Of a stretch of DNA of 64,000 nucleotides, positions 61,111 through 64,000 are shown one piece after another. The position numbers and the translations under genes were made by a program. The notes beneath the pieces were generated by a model. The model did no database searches and was not told where the DNA came from. It saw nothing but the letters and a program-made list of their open reading frames with translations. This DNA is from Zygnema circumcarinatum SAG 698-1b (taxonomy: Eukaryota; Plantae; Zygnematophyceae): the NCBI GenBank assembly GCA_037447605.1, contig CM074806.1:3162001-3226000 (forward strand), given 5' to 3'. Position 1 is the stretch's first letter. Each line of letters begins with the position of its first letter.

Positions 61111-62586
61111 CTATCCCATGTTCCTGAAGGACAGTATCACTATATTAGGATGCAAACGTGGAAAACAAGCATAAGGAATAATGCCAAAGCATCTGCATAA
61201 TATACGATAAAACCTGCAGCAGAAAACACAGTTGCTTGGTTTGTAAAGGACGCGTTCTCACACACCCGAGAAGCATCCAGATACCCTGCGAGATCCGAAG
61301 GTCCACCGTTCGATCCTGGCCCTCCGATTACGCGAAGCCAACGAGAACCGTTCACTGGAACGCCCTTCTTCATGAACTCCGATGGACTCATCACAGAACT
61401 CTACAAATGCACAAGAAAGATGAAGGAGCAGACCATCCGTTAGAAAAGCAAGGAAAACGTAACAGCCGCAAAGCGGCTATCTTCTTGATTTCTTCGTCGA
61501 GGAAACGACGACGTCTTGGATAAACCATGGGCTTGCACGCCAAACAATCAAAGCTCAATCCCTCTAAAGCAAGCCACGAAACTGCAACATCAAAACTCCT
61601 TCAGCAGCAGTAATGCGTCGAACCTTTCTGACCTTAATCACCGACCCAACTGCAATCCCTGCCAGAGCTGCTTGGCTCAAATAGTTGCAAGCTGCCCCCG
61701 CAGAGACGAGAGCGGGCGCCCACACGGGCACAGTGCAGAGCGTGCTCGCCCACAAACTGACTGAGCCCGTGAGTACAGCTGTGACCAAGAAGGTCACTCC
61801 CGCGACCACTGCGCCCCCTGACATGAGGAGATCGTCCTCCTTATATTCCTTATGTTCGAAGGAAAGTCTGACCCCATCCATCGCCAGAAGTGAATACTAG
61901 AAGAGATTTCAGCAGAGATTGCTCTCATTATAAGTCTGGAAGCTGGGAAAAAGTGTTGTCCGCAAGGAAAGAGCAAAGGGGAGAGAGGAGAAAGGAGGGT
62001 AATGAGAGAGCGGGGAGAGAGAGATCTGGGAAAGAGGCAGTGAACGATCCCAGAATGGAGAGGATGGGTGAGAGAGAGGACAGAAGAGGGATTCAAAGGA
62101 GGGGAGGGGAAGGAGTAGAAAAGGAGAAAGGACGGCCGAGCTGCAGGATTTTGCAAATTGAGAGGGAGGAGATGAAAAGAGATTGAGCGAGCACATAGTT
62201 GTGGTACAATGTTGCAATAAACAGCACCGGGAGAGTCGTTTCAAGCTAAATCACTTGGTGATGTTCAATCAATGACCTTGGGGCATAAAAGAAGGTCGTA
62301 TGAACCTCCATGAAATCTTCTGAAGAGTGAAACCTGTGCGTACTTACCTTCCCTCCAGCTTGAAGTTAGAATTGAGTTGCTTTTGGGGTATGTCGTACAA
62401 GAACCACTCTCCAGGTGCCAAGTCATTCCGGCATGCGACCGTCGTGAATCCTCTCCGCAGACACAGATTTAAATTCACAAGCGTGTTGTTCAACACTGCC
62501 ACCCTCCCTCCCTCCGAGTCCGGCTGCACTGCAGCTCCTCTCGCAGCACTCGTGTCGGCACTTGAAGCTTCGCTCCCATCCGCCAT
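61111..62586 (-). CDS. Uncharacterised protein with a central Ala/Gly/Val-rich hydrophobic hairpin; 3' end uncertain
   Basis: Exons 62348-62586 (MADGSE...VAVLNNTLVNLNLCL...NDLAPGEWFLYD...; donor gtaagt), inferred 22-nt microexon 62255-62276, 61633-61896 (GGAVVAGVTFLVTAVLTGSVSLW...ALVSAGAA...AALAGIAVGSVIK) and 61285-61400 (KGVPVNGSRWLRVIGGP). Phases are consistent only if the microexon is used. Confidence 0.5.
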
Positions 62587-63363
62587 CCTCCTTAAAAACA
62601 GTCTTTTGTTAAACTCCAAGTCCTTTCGTGGCGCATTCAGGCCCCTCTGCTGCAATCAGAAGCGAAGCGATCTGCCTTCGTTCCAAAGAGAAGGTGAATG
62701 AATCTCCTCAGGCAGCTCTGTTCAAAGCTACTCGATAAATTTCACTAAGGAAACCTGGATTCTTTTATTTATTTTTGGTACTTTTACCAAAATACTAGTT
62801 TCGAGTGACGCATACCCCCCACTTCCTCCCCAAATAAAAACTTTCTTCGTCGGCAGTTTTTCTTAGAGTAGTGATCTATGTTCAGGGGACTGTGACCTCG
62901 TCAAACAGAGACTGGAGTCACAGAGAGACTACAAGTCCATCCTTATTGCGAAAAAACACTGAAAAAAAGTCTATCGCTTGTTCAAAAGGGCCCAAGCAGC
63001 AGCCCCCACAGATCTACTAGAAAGCAGTGCAACCAAAAAAATCCTTTGGAGCTGTGCCCCAAACCAATCTTTGGTATGGGTTGGAAAAATGCGAAGGAAA
63101 CAGAGATAGGAAATTGCAGCTGCAAACCACAAACCACAAACCACAAACCTGGAGTTTTTCGCTTTCGGTACTTCCACTCTCAGTTTGGGCCTCAAGCGCG
63201 CGCAGGGGCAGAGGGCGGAGGAGGCGGCGCCACGTGGGAGGCTGGGCGGCACCGCACGGGCAGACCGTACATGTCAGCTGTCATCCGCATCCGATCCGTA
63301 CATGCGAGTGCTCAATACTGTACGACAACCAATCCGGTCCGGTTGGCCTGTACGAATTTTGCG

Positions 63364-63843
63364 TCACGTGTCAACTGATGGGCGCGACTGCGTGGCAGCC
63401 AAGCAGTGTGTGCGGCAGCAACGGGTCCACGTGGCGGCGCCAGAGTTCTGGCGCGAACCGTTCGCACGAGTGGCAGTGTGCACGGTCGCTGACATGTTCA
63501 GACGGGCCGAGGCCGAACTCGAAAGGGGAGGGCAGGGGTATGCGGTGGATCGAAACTGGAAACTAATTTCGGCCCATGGAAGCGAGCCTTCAGCAGTACT
63601 GGCCAGGCGCCACATCTCACCTACGACAGTCGTGAGCTCCATACCACGGCATATCGAAATTAGTATACATTTCAGTGGTAAATTCCCCGTAGACGTCTGC
63701 AAAAGATCTTGTTGTTCCTTTGCTAACTCTTCAATATTTGCCTTCGTTTCTTTTGTAGAAGCTTCAATTCCCTCCTTCATGGGAGGATTATAGGCACCAA
63801 TCGCGGTGCTGAGTCTTTCATCAAATTCTTTCCTTGGCAACAT
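63364..63843 (-). other. Open reading frame with a charged coiled-coil-like start; possibly an exon of a gene or element beyond the window
   Basis: MLPRKEFDERLSTAIGAYNPPMKEGIEASTKETKANIEELAKEQQDLLQ has coding-like composition; no family recognised. Confidence 0.25.
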
Positions 63844-64000
63844 TCCTGACTGGGCATTTTCTCCAGCATTAAGCACCCACTTTCATACGAAACTTGATCT
63901 AAGAGCTTATCCTTTTTTTTTTGAATCAATTGGACGATAGAATCAAGTAAAGCGTTGCAAAAAAATGAAAAAGCATCCGGCTCGTCGAGTTTTGCAATTG

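Overview
This is eukaryotic, intron-rich genomic DNA from a streptophyte. A zygnematophyte alga such as Closterium is my best guess, inferred from gene repertoire, land-plant-type GBSS intron positions and repeat style, not from a database search. Genes reconstructed exon by exon: the 3' end of one TruA-family pseudouridine synthase and a second near-complete one; a head-to-head palindromic pair of secreted double PAN/apple-like proteins; a Sel1-repeat protein; a THEM4-like hot-dog thioesterase; a soluble five-PAS hybrid histidine kinase; 3-hydroxyisobutyrate dehydrogenase; tRNA-Arg(CCT); a plastid CBSX protein; granule-bound starch synthase; and a secreted LRR plus EGF-like protein lacking a transmembrane or kinase part. 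There are also a few uncharacterised gene candidates. Repeats include a 2.2-kb (GA)n run, two abutting PIF/Harbinger-like MITEs rich in CCACGT, a degenerate non-LTR RT fragment and several minisatellites. A 2.2-kb duplication across a 10-N gap is most likely an assembly artefact. The most striking element is the 3.1-kb palindrome at 1334-4428. Its arms carry ~99% identical copies of an exon-modular, six-Cys-repeat secreted protein around a G-box-rich spacer, and arm divergence rises outward.
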